This document shows positions 20,590-31,859 of a DNA stretch of 64,000 nucleotides, piece after piece. Each line of letters starts with the position of its first letter. Positions within the stretch are counted from its first letter, which is position 1. The stretch comes from an uncultured Chloroflexia bacterium. Its GTDB lineage: Bacteria > Chloroflexota > Anaerolineae > Anaerolineales > UBA4823. The notes below the pieces were generated by a model that saw nothing but the letters and a program-made list of their open reading frames with translations, made no database searches and was not told where the DNA came from. The translations under genes and the position numbers were made by a program. Location: NCBI GenBank assembly GCA_963765565.1, contig CAVXWV010000010.1, positions 197,046 through 261,045 of the forward strand. The letters run 5' to 3'.

Positions 20590-20707
20590 ATAAACAGGAT
20601 GCCCAGGTAATTCTCCGCGCGTTCCCAGCTATTCAGGAATATCTGGCTGGTCAGACTGCTGGCAGGATGAAACAAGTTAATGACCCATATCGAATAGGAG
20701 ATTAATC

Positions 20708-21592
20708 ATGTACATTGGATTGCAAATTCCGTCATTCAAATATCCCGGCGGCACGCCTGCCATCCGCCCCAAACTGAAAGAAATCGTCACAACCGCCGAA
20801 GAAGCCGGGTTTTATAGCCTCTGGGTGATGGATCATTACTATCAAATCCAGGGATTGTTCGGAGAAGCCTATACCGACCCGATGCTGGAAGCCTACACCA
20901 CGCTCGGATACATTGCCGGGTTAACTGAAAAAGCCTATCTTGGTGTACTGGTAACGGGCGTCATTTATCGCCATCCCTCCGTTCTGATGAAAATGGTCAA
21001 CACGCTCGATATCCTCTCCGGTGGCCGCGCTTATTTTGGCATTGGCGCCGCCTGGTACGAAGAAGAAGCCAGAGGCTATGGGATTCCCTACCCTTCCACT
21101 TCCGAGCGCTTCGAGCAATTGGAGGAAAACCTGAAACTGGCCAAGGCCCTTTGGGCCAGCGATGAGACATCCTTTGAGGGCAAGCATTTTTCTGCACCGG
21201 CAATCACCAACAATCCCCGCCCGCTCTCGAACCCGCACCCACGCATCATGGTTGGCGGTTCGGGTCCGAACAAAACGCTGCGAATGGTTGCTCAATATGC
21301 GGATGCCTGCAATATTGGGGATTGGGTCGGCGCAGAAAATATGCAAAAAGCCCTCGACATCCTAAAAAAACATTGTGAGACTTTGGGACGCGATTACGCC
21401 ACCATCGAGAAAACATCCCTTTGCACCGTGCATCTTTCAGGGGACGATACTGTAGATGGCACCATTCATCGCATCCAGGAACTCTCTGAGATGGGCTTCA
21501 CGCATGCGATATTCAACATGCCGGATGTCTACAAAATCACCCCGCTTGAAACTTTTGGAAAAGAAATTATCCCAAAAGTAGCCGGACTTTAA
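20708..21592 (+). CDS. LLM-class (luciferase-like) F420-dependent oxidoreductase
   Basis: 294-aa ORF. FYSLWVMDHY, SGGRAYFGIGAAWYEEE and PHPRIMVGGSGPNKTLRMVAQYADACN are typical of the F420-dependent LLM subgroup. Confidence 0.8.
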   Translation: MYIGLQIPSFKYPGGTPAIRPKLKEIVTTAEEAGFYSLWVMDHYYQIQGLFGEAYTDPMLEAYTTLGYIAGLTEKAYLGVLVTGVIYRHPSVLMKMVNTLDILSGGRAYFGIGAAWYEEEARGYGIPYPSTSERFEQLEENLKLAKALWASDETSFEGKHFSAPAITNNPRPLSNPHPRIMVGGSGPNKTLRMVAQYADACNIGDWVGAENMQKALDILKKHCETLGRDYATIEKTSLCTVHLSGDDTVDGTIHRIQELSEMGFTHAIFNMPDVYKITPLETFGKEIIPKVAGL

Positions 21593-21638
21593 GAAGAGGA
21601 TTTTGCAACCCGGCGCTCAAACTGACACCGGCAGCCTG

Positions 21639-21953
21639 CTAGAACGGCGCCTGGGTCTGCGTAAACAATCCCGATACGTTTCCTGAAAGCTCAATACTGT
21701 CGGGGTCCAGCGCCAGCACAGGTGCGCCGGGCACCAGGTCAAACCGGTCGAGGTCGGCCCACACCACATTAGGGCTGGTGGTTAGCTCGAAGTAATAGCG
21801 GCGGCAGGTCAGGTTCATCACCGTACGGTACTCGGTGTTATAGATGCCGAAATCGCCATACGGCGCCCCGAACGGCACAGGGCAGTTCCGGATGACAGCC
21901 AGCGTGCTGGCCACCGCCTGGCACTCCCCTTCCGGCTCGGGTAGCACGCTCAT
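21639..21953 (-). pseudogene. C-terminal remnant of a linear amide C-N hydrolase (choloylglycine hydrolase family)
   Basis: Only the last ~100 aa of a ~350-aa family are present (NCPVPFGAPYGDFGIYNTEYRTVMNLTCRRYYFELTTSPNVVWADL). The N-terminal nucleophile region is absent and the regulator gene starts 28 nt away. Confidence 0.6.
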
Positions 21954-21980
21954 GAAGTAAGCCTGGTATATAATTGCTCT

Positions 21981-24768
21981 ATGCCTGCGCCTATTCTGGC
22001 CACTAAGCTCTACATTCCCCCGCACCGGCCAAAAATCGTCCTCCGGCCTCACCTGGTCGAGAGGCTGAACGAGGGCCTGCACTTCAAGCTGGTCCTCATT
22101 TCCGCTCCCGCCGGCTTTGGCAAAACCACCCTGGTCAGCGAATGGGCAGCCCGTAACGGCTGCCCGGTCGCCTGGCTGTCGCTGGATGAAGGGGATAACG
22201 ACTTCGTCCGCTTTCTGACTTACCTTGTGTCGGCGCTGCAGAAGCTTGCCCTGAGCAACGTTCGGTTACGAACGAAAGCCGAAGGAATGGTGCCGAATCT
22301 TGGGGAAGGGCTACTGGCTGCACTCCAGTCCGCTCAGCAGCCGCCCGCTGAACTGCTTCTGACAACCCTGCTCAATGAAATCGCCGCCGTACCGAACGAT
22401 TTCTTCCTCGTTCTTGACGATTACCATCTGATCGAAGCCCAACCCATTGACTCTTCCCTCGCCTTTTTGCTTGAGCGCCTGCCTCCACAGATGCACCTGG
22501 TCATCACCACTCGTGAGGATCCCTCTCTGCCCCTGGCTCGCTTGCGTGCTCGGGGCCAACTGACCGAGCTGCGCGCCGCCGATCTTCGTTTCACCCCCGC
22601 CGAAGCCGCCGAATTTCTCAACCAGGTGATGGGGCTGAACCTCTCGGCGGAAAACATCGCCGCGCTGGAAGCCCGTACCGAAGGCTGGATCGCCGGCCTG
22701 CAGCTGGCCGCGCTCTCAATGCAGGGGCGGTCAGACGCCGCCAGTTTTATCCAGGCCTTCACCGGCAGCCACCGCTTTGTGCTGGATTATTTGGTAGAGG
22801 AGGTTCTCCAGCGCCAGCCAGAAGGTATTCACAGCTTCTTACTGAAAACTGCGATTCTCGATCGGCTAAGCGGTTCTCTATGTGATGCCGTTTCAGGTCG
22901 AGAAGACGGCAAAGGAATGTTGCAAACACTCGAGCGTGGCAACCTGTTTATCATTCCACTTGACGACCAGCGCCAGTGGTACCGCTATCATCCCCTCTTC
23001 GCTGAAGTATTGCAAGCGCGTTTACTAGACGAGCAGCCGGATCAAGTATTCAGCCTGCACCAACGGGCGAGTGAGTGGTACGAGCACAATGGTTCAGCGT
23101 CCGATGCGATCCGCCACGCGCTGGCGGCAAAAGATTTCGAGCGAGCAGCGGTCCTGGTTGAATTGGCAGTACCAGAAATGCGCAGGAATAGACAGGGAAC
23201 CACGGTCACGGAGCTGGGCTGGCTAAAGGCGCTACCCGACGAGCTGGTCTACTTCAGGCCGGTGCTCTGCGTTGACTATGCTTATGCATTATTTGGTGGC
23301 GGAGAGCTAGAGGCTGTTGAGGCCCGACTGCGGGACGCCGAACGCTGGCTGGACACGGCGGGGACTCGTCCTGAGCCAGGCCGAAGGATGGTTGTCGTGG
23401 ACGAAGAGGGATTTCGCCGTCTGCCGGGTATGATCGCCCTTCTGCGTACCGCGCAGGCTCTGGCCCGGGGCGATATGCCTGAGACTGTGAAAAATGCTCG
23501 CCGGGTGCTCGATCTCGCACCCGATAATGATTATCTGATGCTCGGTGGGGCAGCCTCAGACTCTGGGGCTTGCCGCATATGCGAGCGGTGATCTTGAGAC
23601 GGCGTGCCGGATGACTGCCGGGGGTATGGAGAATGTCCGGCTGGCCGGGTACATCTCTCCCGCCATCGGTGGCGCCATCGTCCTGGCGGATATCCAGATT
23701 GCGCAAGGCCGTCTTCACGAGGCCATGGCCACCTATGAGCGGGCCTTGCAGTGGGCGATGGCGCCGGGTGCGCCAGTCTTGCGTGGCGCGGCAGATATGT
23801 ACGTGGGCCTTAGCTACCTTCACTACGAATATAACGATCTGAAGACCGCCACGCAGCACCTGCTCACAAGCCAGGCTCTGGGTGAGCTTGCCGGGTTATC
23901 CCAAAACCCACATCGCTGGCGCGCGGCGATGGCGCGCATCCGACAGACCCATGGCGATTTCGATAGTGCGCTTGACCTTCTCGACCAGGCAGAACGCCTA
24001 TATGTTGCCAACTTTTCCCCGAATGTGCATCCGATCGCGACGCAGAAGGTACGGGTGTGGGTGGCTCAAGGCCGTTTGTACGACGCCTTGGGCTGGGCGC
24101 GTGAGCAGGGGTTGCCCGTTAAAGACGATCTAAGCTACTTACACGAATTCGATCACATCACCCTGGCCAGGGTGTACCTGGCCTCTTACCAGCATGGTCG
24201 TCCAGAGGGCTCCATTGCAGGGATATTGGATCTATTGGAGCGTCTGCTGAAAGCGGCGGAGGAACGCGGAGGGAAGGGGAGCGTGATCGAAATTCTGGTA
24301 TTGCAAGCGATCGCCTATCACGCACAAGGTGACCTGCCTGCAGCTCTCCTGCCTTTGCAGCGTGCTCTTGCGCTGGCCGAGCCGGAGGGTTACGTCCGCA
24401 TTTTCCTTGACGAAGGCCCAAGCATGATGCAACTGCTTGCAGCGGTCCGCCGCCTGCCCGAAGCTTCCGCGTGTGGGATTTTGCCAAACTACACAGGCAA
24501 GCTGCTGGCAGCATTTGAAGCAGAGAAGCGCAAAAACGAGGACAAACCTGAACTACCTCCTACTCAGCCCCTTATTGACCCATTGAGCCAGCGCGAGTTA
24601 AAAATACTGCAGCTCATTGCCCAAGGTCTCTCGAACCGTGAGATCGGCGAGCGGCTTTTCCTCGCCCTGGATACGGTCAAGGGGCATAACCGCAAAATAT
24701 TTGACAAACTGCAAGTTCAAAGCCGCACCGAAGCTGTCGCCCGTGCCCGCGAACTGGGTTTGTTGTAA
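21981..24768 (+). CDS. MalT-like STAND ATPase / LuxR-family transcriptional regulator (copy 1), one frame break near 23560
   Basis: Track ORFs 21981..23591 and 23545..24768. N-terminal [10 protein letters not shown], Walker A SAPAGFGKTT, TPR-like middle, C-terminal LuxR HTH (LSQRELKILQLIAQGLSNREIGERLFLALDTVKGHNRKIFDKL). Confidence 0.85.
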
Positions 24769-24925
24769 GGTTCAATTTTCCTCAACATTTCCCCGCAATA
24801 ACTAAAAACAACACCCATAACCAACACGAAAGTGTCTGGTCGTTAACACTGTGTGGGGGATATTATCCTTGTACATTGAGCAAGTGGTCCGGACTATAAA
24901 GACCGACCACAAAAGGTACAAGGTG

Positions 24926-25198
24926 ATGTCAAACGAACTTAACCTAAAAACGGCTCCAGGTCAACCCATGCTCTATCAGATCAGGGTCAAAGGCCATCTG
25001 GGCCATCAATGGACAGACTGGTTTGAGGGCCTGACCATCACGCTGGAAGAGGATGGGGACACGCTTTTAACCGGCCCGGTGATCGACCAGGCCGCGCTGC
25101 ATGGCTTGCTCAAAAAAGTGCGTGATTTAGGTATGCCTTTGGTCTCTGTCAGTCCTGTTGAATCCGGCCAGGCAGATGAGTCAAATGTCAAATCGTAA
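24926..25198 (+). CDS. Conserved ~90-aa protein of unknown function (module copy 1)
   Basis: Track ORF 24851..25198; ATG 24926 after aaggt. Core YQIRVKGHLGHQWTDWFEGLTITLEEDGDTLLTGPVIDQAALHGLLKKVRDLGMPLVSV recurs at 30468.. and 44299... Confidence 0.7.
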   Translation: MSNELNLKTAPGQPMLYQIRVKGHLGHQWTDWFEGLTITLEEDGDTLLTGPVIDQAALHGLLKKVRDLGMPLVSVSPVESGQADESNVKS

Positions 25199-25251
25199 AT
25201 TGGCGTGAGCATCTTATTTACGCCAAAATCAATCACAATAAGGAGAAAAAA

Positions 25252-26005
25252 ATGAATACCACCAAAGAAAGTCCATATGGGACAGACAGAAAGACCGCAG
25301 CAGTTGTGGGCGTGTTATTTATTATTGGAACGGTTTCAGGCGTACTGGGCGCTGTTATTGGAGCACCTATTTTGGGTGCTCCGGATTATCTGAGTAAGCT
25401 TTCTGCAAATGAAGGCCAGATGCTCATCTATACGCTGCTCATTTTTATCATGGGCGTTGCCTGTGCCGGTATTGGCCTTGCGCTGTATCCAATTCTAAAG
25501 AAATATAACGCAGGCCTGGCGATTGGCACGGTTGGTTTCAGGGTTATCGAAGGCGTGCTCGATATTGTTGCCGCAATCAGCATAATAGCCCTATTGGCAT
25601 TAAGCCAGGAATTTGTAAAAGCGGGATTCTCCGGATGCATCGTATTTTCAAACCGTAGGTGTAGTAATCAACGCAGGAACCGATTGGCTGAACCATGGCG
25701 CCGCGTTGCTGTGCTGGTGCATCGGCGCTTGCATGTATTACTCGCTGTTTTATCAATACCGGCTTGTCCCGCGCTGGCTCTCCGTCTGGGGGTTCGTTGG
25801 CATTACCTTAGCCACCATCGGCGGCGTACTGGTCATGCTGCATGTCATCCCCGGCTTGGGTACCGTGCAGATGCTTCTCAATCTGCCGATATTCCCGCAG
25901 GAGATGGTCTTGGCGGTCTGGCTGATCGCCAAAGGTGTCAATTCGTCGGCAGTCGCTTCTCGGTCTGCGGAACCAGCGACGAACGAGCTTCTGAGCGCGG
26001 CATAG
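25252..26005 (+). CDS. DUF4386-like membrane protein, one frame break near 25640-25700
   Basis: Track ORF 25252..26025 is protein-like up to about aa 125. Track ORF 25706..26005 supplies the C-terminal helices (YQYRLVPRWLSVWGFVGITLATIGGVLVML). RBS aaggag is present. Confidence 0.6.
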
Positions 26006-26129
26006 ATTTGCACGATAGGGATTAGGGAGGGCTGAAGACCCTCCCTCACCTTCCCCACACCGCTACATGTAAATTCTCGTGGAATAGACCTTAAAAAACG
26101 GACACAACACACCACAAGGAGAAAGCAAA

Positions 26130-26562
26130 GTGTTAAAAAGAGGTTCGATCGTTCTTTCAATATGGTGCGTCATCAACTTTATGCTCGCCTTTACCATTTT
26201 GTGCTATGTCATCGTCCTCCAAGAGGACTCGCCAATTTTGCAGGTGGCTTCTTTCTCAGAAGTCTGAAATTGCCAGCCTCAGTGCCAAGACTATTGCAGC
26301 GCTCAATTGTTTTACGATCCTGTACAACTCTTGCTCACTGGTTATCTCGGTGCTGACGTGGCCGCTCATCCGTAAAAACCTGGTCGCCGGTCAAAAATCG
26401 GCTTTCTGGATGTTACTGTTTGTGATCGGCTTTATGGAAGTGATGGCATTTTTGGCTTCTTCATATATTGGGCATGGGCGCTGGCAGGTGAATGTCCTTC
26501 AGAGCGTTTTATACCTTGTGGGCATTGGCTTGGCGGGCTGGTCCCTATTCAATCGTAAATAG
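26130..26562 (+). CDS. Small four-helix membrane protein (hypothetical), one frame break near 26262
   Basis: GTG 26130 after aaggag gives VLKRGSIVLSIWCVINFMLAFTILCYVIVL..., which continues in the frame of track ORF 26206..26562. Confidence 0.4.
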
Positions 26563-26638
26563 GCGTGAGTGTCTTGTTTGCACCAAAATCAATCACAACA
26601 ATGAAACTCATCCATACCGTTCAATAAAAGGAAAAGAA

Positions 26639-27346
26639 ATGAACACAAACAAAAAGACCGCAAGAATGGCAGGGTTGCTGTACCTGATTTACATCGTAAT
26701 TTCCATCTTCGCAGACGTGCTGGGTCGTTCCAGGCTGATTGTATTGGGAGATGCTTCGACAACTGCCGGGAATATCATCGCATCTGCATGGCAATTCCGC
26801 ATCGGCTTTGTGGTTGATCTGGTTTCTGGTGTGCTTTTTCTATTGACAGCCTGGGCTTTGTACGTATTGCTGAGGCCGGTAAATAAGAACATCGCTTTGC
26901 TTTTCCTGTTATTGAACCTGGGCGGCGTCGCGGTATGGTGTTTTAGTGATCTTTTTCTAATTGCCAGCCAGTTGCTTTTGAGTGGCGCCGATTACTTGAA
27001 AGTATTCCATGCCGATCAATTGCAAGCCCTGGCAATGTTATCCCTGGTGATATACAAATATGGGTTCCTGGGGATTGCCCAGATATTCTTTGGCGCCTGG
27101 CTCTTTCCGCTGGGTTATTTAGTTTTCAAGTCGGGCTTCCTTCCCAGGATTTTGGGCGTAATCCTGATGGTGCATAGCGTGGTCTGGCTGATGGGTGCTC
27201 TTCAATTCTTTCTTTTCCCAGGATTCATTGGAACACCCTTCGTTGGAATAACCTATATAAGTTATCCGCTTGGATTTATTTCAGAATTTGGACTTGCATT
27301 GTGGCTTTTGATCATGGGTGCAAAGGATCAAAAAGAAAATGGATAA
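26639..27346 (+). CDS. DUF4386-like membrane protein
   Basis: Track ORF 26492..27346; ATG 26639. ARMAGLLYLIYIVISIF, LLRPVNKNIALL and FLPRILGVILMV fit the DUF4386 pattern. Confidence 0.7.
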   Translation: MNTNKKTARMAGLLYLIYIVISIFADVLGRSRLIVLGDASTTAGNIIASAWQFRIGFVVDLVSGVLFLLTAWALYVLLRPVNKNIALLFLLLNLGGVAVWCFSDLFLIASQLLLSGADYLKVFHADQLQALAMLSLVIYKYGFLGIAQIFFGAWLFPLGYLVFKSGFLPRILGVILMVHSVVWLMGALQFFLFPGFIGTPFVGITYISYPLGFISEFGLALWLLIMGAKDQKENG

Positions 27347-27547
27347 AAGGGGAATCAACCCATCTATAGTTGCAGCAAAACCTGCCGGGTTGAAATAAGG
27401 AAGCTGCGATTGAATCCCTGTCATCGAAATTGGGGGCTATGTAAAAAAAATATCGATAAGGAACAATCATCGGGATTTTAGCGTCTATCAACCACTAATA
27501 AACTGTAATTGACAGAGGGCAGAGTCGTCTTAGTATATAATGAAGCC

Positions 27548-30316
27548 ATGGCTGTGCCAATTTTAGCGACGAAACTTTATATTCCTCCACCTCGAGCTAA
27601 AATTATCCTCCGCCCCCGCCTGATCGAGCGGCTGGACATGGGATTGTCTGGCAAGCTGACCCTCATCTCAGCCTCTGCCGGCTTTGGCAAAACCACCCTG
27701 GCCAGCGAATGGCTCGCCAACTGCGAGCGACCCGCGGCCTGGCTGTCGCTCGACGAAGGCGACAACGATCCGACCCGCTTTCTGACTTACCTCGTCGCCG
27801 CGTTGCAGACGCTTGCCCTGAGTGACGGTCGTTTACGAACGGCAGCAGGTAGGGAACGCGGCAAACGTGGGCGCAGGTGCGCTGGCGATGCTCCAGTCTC
27901 CCCAGCCCCCGCCGGTCGAAACCATTCTGACCTCCCTGCTCAATGACCTCGCCGCTATTTCGGACAACTTCATCCTGGTGCTGGATGACTACCATCTGAT
28001 CGATTCCCAGGCGGTGGATGCGTCGACATCCGTCGAGGCGCCCTCACCTTTCTAATCGAACACCAGCCGCCGCAGATGCACCTGGTCATCGCCACCCGCG
28101 AAGACCCACCCTTGCCTCTGGCCCGCTTGCGCGCCCGGGGCCGACTGACCGAGCTGCGCGCCGCCGATCTGCGCTTTACCCCCGCCGAAGCCGCCGAATT
28201 TCTCAACCAGGTGATGGGACTGAATCTTTCGCCGGAAGATATCGCCGCCCTGGAAGCCCGCACCGAAGGCTGGATCGCCGGCCTGCAGTTGGCGGAGCGC
28301 TCTTGTGCCATCTCCATGCAGGGGCAGCACGATGCTGCCAGTTTTATCAAATCGTTTACCGGCAGCCACCGATTTCGTGCTCGATTATCTGATCGAAGAA
28401 GTATTGCAGCAACAGCCAGAAAATGTTCAGGCATTCTTGTTGCGCACATCGATTCTCGATCGCATGTGCGGACCCCTGTGTGATGCTGTTCTGCTCACCT
28501 CTGTGCCCGGCAAAGAAACGGCGTCCGGACAGGAAACCCTGGAGTATCTCGAACACGCCAATCTATTCATCGTCCCACTCGACAATGAGCGGCGCTGGTA
28601 TCGCTATCACCATCTCTTCGGTGATTTGCTGCGCCAGCGTCTTGGCAGATCCCAAGAACTACCCACTTACCATCTTCGCGCCAGCGAGTGGTATGAGGCC
28701 CACGAGGACCTGGCCGAAGCCTTTAACCACGCCCTGGCGGGCGGTGATTTTGAGCGCGCTGCAGGCCTGGCCGAAGCGGCCTGGCAGGATATGAATCGCA
28801 ATTTCCAGACCACCGCCTGGCTTGGCTGGGTAAAAAAACTACCCAATGCAGTCATTGGCTCCCGGCCCCGGTTATGCGTGCAACTTGGGTGGGCGTTTTC
28901 GGATTCCGGAGAGCTGGAGTCGAGTGAAGCTCACTTGCAAAACGCCGAGCGCGCTCTGGCTGGCGCAATGGACCGGGATGAGTATCAGACTTTACCAGGA
29001 AATATCGCCCTGATCCGCGCCGATAACGCTCAGATACTGGGCGACCTGGCCGAAACGGTGAAATACGCTGAATTATCTCTTCAACTCATCCCCAAAGATG
29101 ACATTTACCTTCGAGCCTCAGCCGCCATCACGCTGGAATTTACCCATTGGGCTGCCGGGGATCTGGAAGCCTCCCTGCGAGCCATGCATGCCTGGATCGA
29201 GGAGATGCAAAGATTGGGCAACCAGATGTTTGCGATTGCCAGCGCTTTTGCCGTGGCTGATATGCAAGTGATATTAGGGCGCCTGGGCGAAGCCGAAAAG
29301 GCTCTCCAGCAAGCCCTCCAAAGGGCTGCCGAGTATGGTAAGGAAGCTGAAACCATCACCGCCCATCACCACCTGGGATTGGCCTTGCTGGCTCTCGAAA
29401 GAGGCGATGATGCCGCGGCTGCACGGTATCTTCAAAATGCTGCCGACCGGGGCCAACACACTACTCTTGTGGATTGGCCTTACCGCTGGAATCTGGCACA
29501 AGCCCGGTTCAAAGAAGCTGCCGGGGAATGGGAGGCGGCGCTCGACCTGCTCGATGAAGCCAGGCGGGTCTACGTTAAAAACCCAATTCCCATGCTGCAG
29601 CCGGTCGAAGCCCATCATGCACGGGTCTATCTCAAACAAGGGCGGTTGGAAAAAGCCGTATCCTGGCTGCAGGAACGCGGCCTGTCCGTGACTGACGTCG
29701 TGAACTACCTGGGTGAGTACGATTATCTCACTCTGGCGCGGGTACGGCTGGGCCAGGGCGTTTTTACCGGGGTCAATGAACTGCTGGATCGCCTGCTGGC
29801 GCTGGCTGAGACGCAAAAACGGACCGGGAGCGTGATCGAAATCCTGCTAACACAGGCGCTTGTTCACCAGGCGCAGGGCAACCAGCCTCAGGCGCTCTTC
29901 GCGCTTGAACGCGCCCTGACGCTGGCCGAACCGGAAGGTTACGTGCGCATCTTTGTAAATGAAGGCAAAGCGATGCGGTCGCTGCTGCGAAAGTTGATTG
30001 AAAATCTATCGCGCAATCGAGACCATCCACTGGGCGGTTATGCGGAAAAACTCCTGGCTGCCTTTACCCAATCTGCAGCCGCGCCAAAATCAACGATCAT
30101 GCATCAAAAATCAGACAGGTCGTCGAACCTTTGAGCGAACGCGAGCTGGAAGTACTCAGGCTGCTCCGCAGCGAATTGAGCGGCCCAGAAATTGCCGGAC
30201 AACTGATCGTGTCGCTCAACACCTTGCGCACTCACACCAAAAATATTTTCACCAAGTTGGGGGTCAACAACCGACGGGCAGCCATCCGTCGCGCCGAAGA
30301 ACTCGGTCTGTTCTAG
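27548..30316 (+). pseudogene. MalT-like STAND / LuxR-family regulator (copy 2), about five frame breaks
   Basis: Pieces in track ORFs 27509..27946, 27822..28055, 28076..28483, 28305..30134 and 30131..30316 reconstruct a full paralog of 41460..44123 (same [10 protein letters not shown] start, [10 protein letters not shown], LuxR HTH at the end). Confidence 0.75.
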
Positions 30317-30339
30317 TAGTCTGAAGTATCTCCAACCCG

Positions 30340-30375
30340 ACTCCAGTTTCACCAGCTGGAGTTCTTTTTTGTTTT
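30340..30375 (+). terminator. Rho-independent terminator after regulator copy 2
   Basis: Stem actccag / ctggagt with a 9-nt loop, followed by tcttttttgtttt. Confidence 0.65.
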
Positions 30376-30382
30376 CCGCCAT

Positions 30383-30442
30383 CAATCACCACCTCAATCA
30401 CATCATCTGGTGATGACGCCTCACCACCTCCAACTGTATCCT
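30383..30442 (+). promoter_or_regulatory. Conserved leader: ATCAC repeats/dyad plus -35-like ATGACG and -10 TATCCT (copy 2)
   Basis: caATCACcacctcaATCACatcatctgGTGATgacgcctcaccac...TATCCT. Near-identical block with identical spacing at 44198-44257. Confidence 0.5.
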
Positions 30443-30467
30443 ATGGGCAGATAACCGAGAGAAAACG

Positions 30468-30717
30468 ATGATTGACAAACCGCCCCCAAACGTGCAAGGT
30501 CTACGAAATCCGCCTCAAGGGACACCTGGATGCCCAGTGGACCACATGGTTCGACGACCTGACTATCACGCTGGACGATAACGGCGACACGCTTCTTTCT
30601 GGACCTGTGGCGGATCAGGCTGCCCTGTACGGATTGCTCCGAAAAGTGCGTGATCTTGGAATGCCTCTCGTCTCGGTTGTTCAAGTCCAATCCGATCGTT
30701 CTGAAAAAGGAGAAAAA
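30468..30717 (+). CDS. Conserved ~90-aa protein of unknown function (module copy 2)
   Basis: The core is in the frame of track ORF 30472..31128 (YEIRLKGHLDAQWTTWFDDLTITLDDNGDTLLSGPVADQAALYGLLRKVRDLGMPLVSV). ATG 30468 is one base out of frame across a C5 run. No stop precedes the next gene. Confidence 0.6.
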
Positions 30718-31128
30718 ATGAACACAAGCACAACCCCCACGAAAAAGATCGACACGAAAGTCCTGCTCTCCACCCTGTGGATCGTGGTCATGATCAATAT
30801 GCTGAAAGCAGACATCCTTTCGCTGAACATCCCTGGCGCAGCGGAAGAGGTGGCGAAAACCGCCGCCAGCGCTGGCGCATCCATTCCCCAACTGATGTTG
30901 GGCGGTGCGATCATCGGAGAACTCGCCATCGCCATGATCATCCTGTCCCGCGTGTTGAAGTACGGCATCAATCGCTGGGTCAATATCGTGATGGGCATCA
31001 TCACGATTGCCTACATCTGGGGCGGCATGGCGTCATACCCCCACTACCTGTTCATTGCCGGCGTCGAGACGATCAGCCTGCTGCTCATCATCTGGTATGC
31101 CTGGAAATGGCGCATTATCGAAGCTTGA
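30718..31128 (+). CDS. Small membrane protein ending WYAWKW (module copy 2)
   Basis: ATG 30718 after aaaggag. About 136 aa and 4 helices. Homologous to 44740..45192 (shared SRxLKYxxxRWxN and C-terminal WYAWKW). Confidence 0.6.
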   Translation: MNTSTTPTKKIDTKVLLSTLWIVVMINMLKADILSLNIPGAAEEVAKTAASAGASIPQLMLGGAIIGELAIAMIILSRVLKYGINRWVNIVMGIITIAYIWGGMASYPHYLFIAGVETISLLLIIWYAWKWRIIEA

Positions 31129-31149
31129 TCAAACAAAAAGGAGATAAAC

Positions 31150-31811
31150 ATGAAAACCTTGCAGAAATTCGGCGGTATTCGCCGCCCTGTACCTGGCAGT
31201 CGCTTACCTGGTCGGAATGGTCATCTTTCTCGCTGTCCTGGATTACCCCAGTATTACGGATCCGATGCAAAAGGTGGACCTGCTCGTCGAAATGCAGGCG
31301 GTCACCTTTGCGACCAACCTGCTGATGTACGTGTTCTTTGGCGTTTTTCTGGTCGTCCTGGCGTTGGCGCTGTTCGAGCGGTTGAAATCCGGTGCGCCGG
31401 CCATTATGCAGGTGGCGACCGCGATCGGCATCATCTGGGCTGGCTCGCTGGTCGCCAGCGGCATGGTCGCCAATGCCGGGATTGCCCCTGTCGTCGCGCT
31501 TTATACGCGTAGACCCGGCCCAGGCTGCGCTGGCCTGGCAGGGGATTGAAACCGTGGCCAGTGGGCTGGGCAACGGCAATGGCGAAATTCTGGGTGGTCT
31601 TTGGGTGCTGCTGGTCAGCATCGCCGCGCTGCGGGCTGGCGGGCTTCCCAGGGGTCTGAATATCCTGGGCTTGCTGGTCGGCGCGGTGGGCATCCTTTCC
31701 ATCATCCCGGGCTTGACCGGCTTGACAGGTATTTTCGGCTTGAGCCAAATCATCTGGTTCGTCTGGTTGGGGATCGTGCTGCTGCGCAGCAATCCGGGAA
31801 AAACAGCGTAA
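31150..31811 (+). CDS. DUF4386-like membrane protein, two frame breaks (near 31180 and 31505)
   Basis: Hydrophobic protein reconstructed from ATG 31150 and the frames of track ORFs 31217..31549 and 31392..31811 (...GLNILGLLVGAVGILSIIPGLTGLTGIFGLSQIIWFVWLGIVLL). Confidence 0.5.
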
Positions 31812-31859
31812 AATCTAAATGAATTCGCATAACAAGGCAAATCGAAAAAGGAGAAAAAG

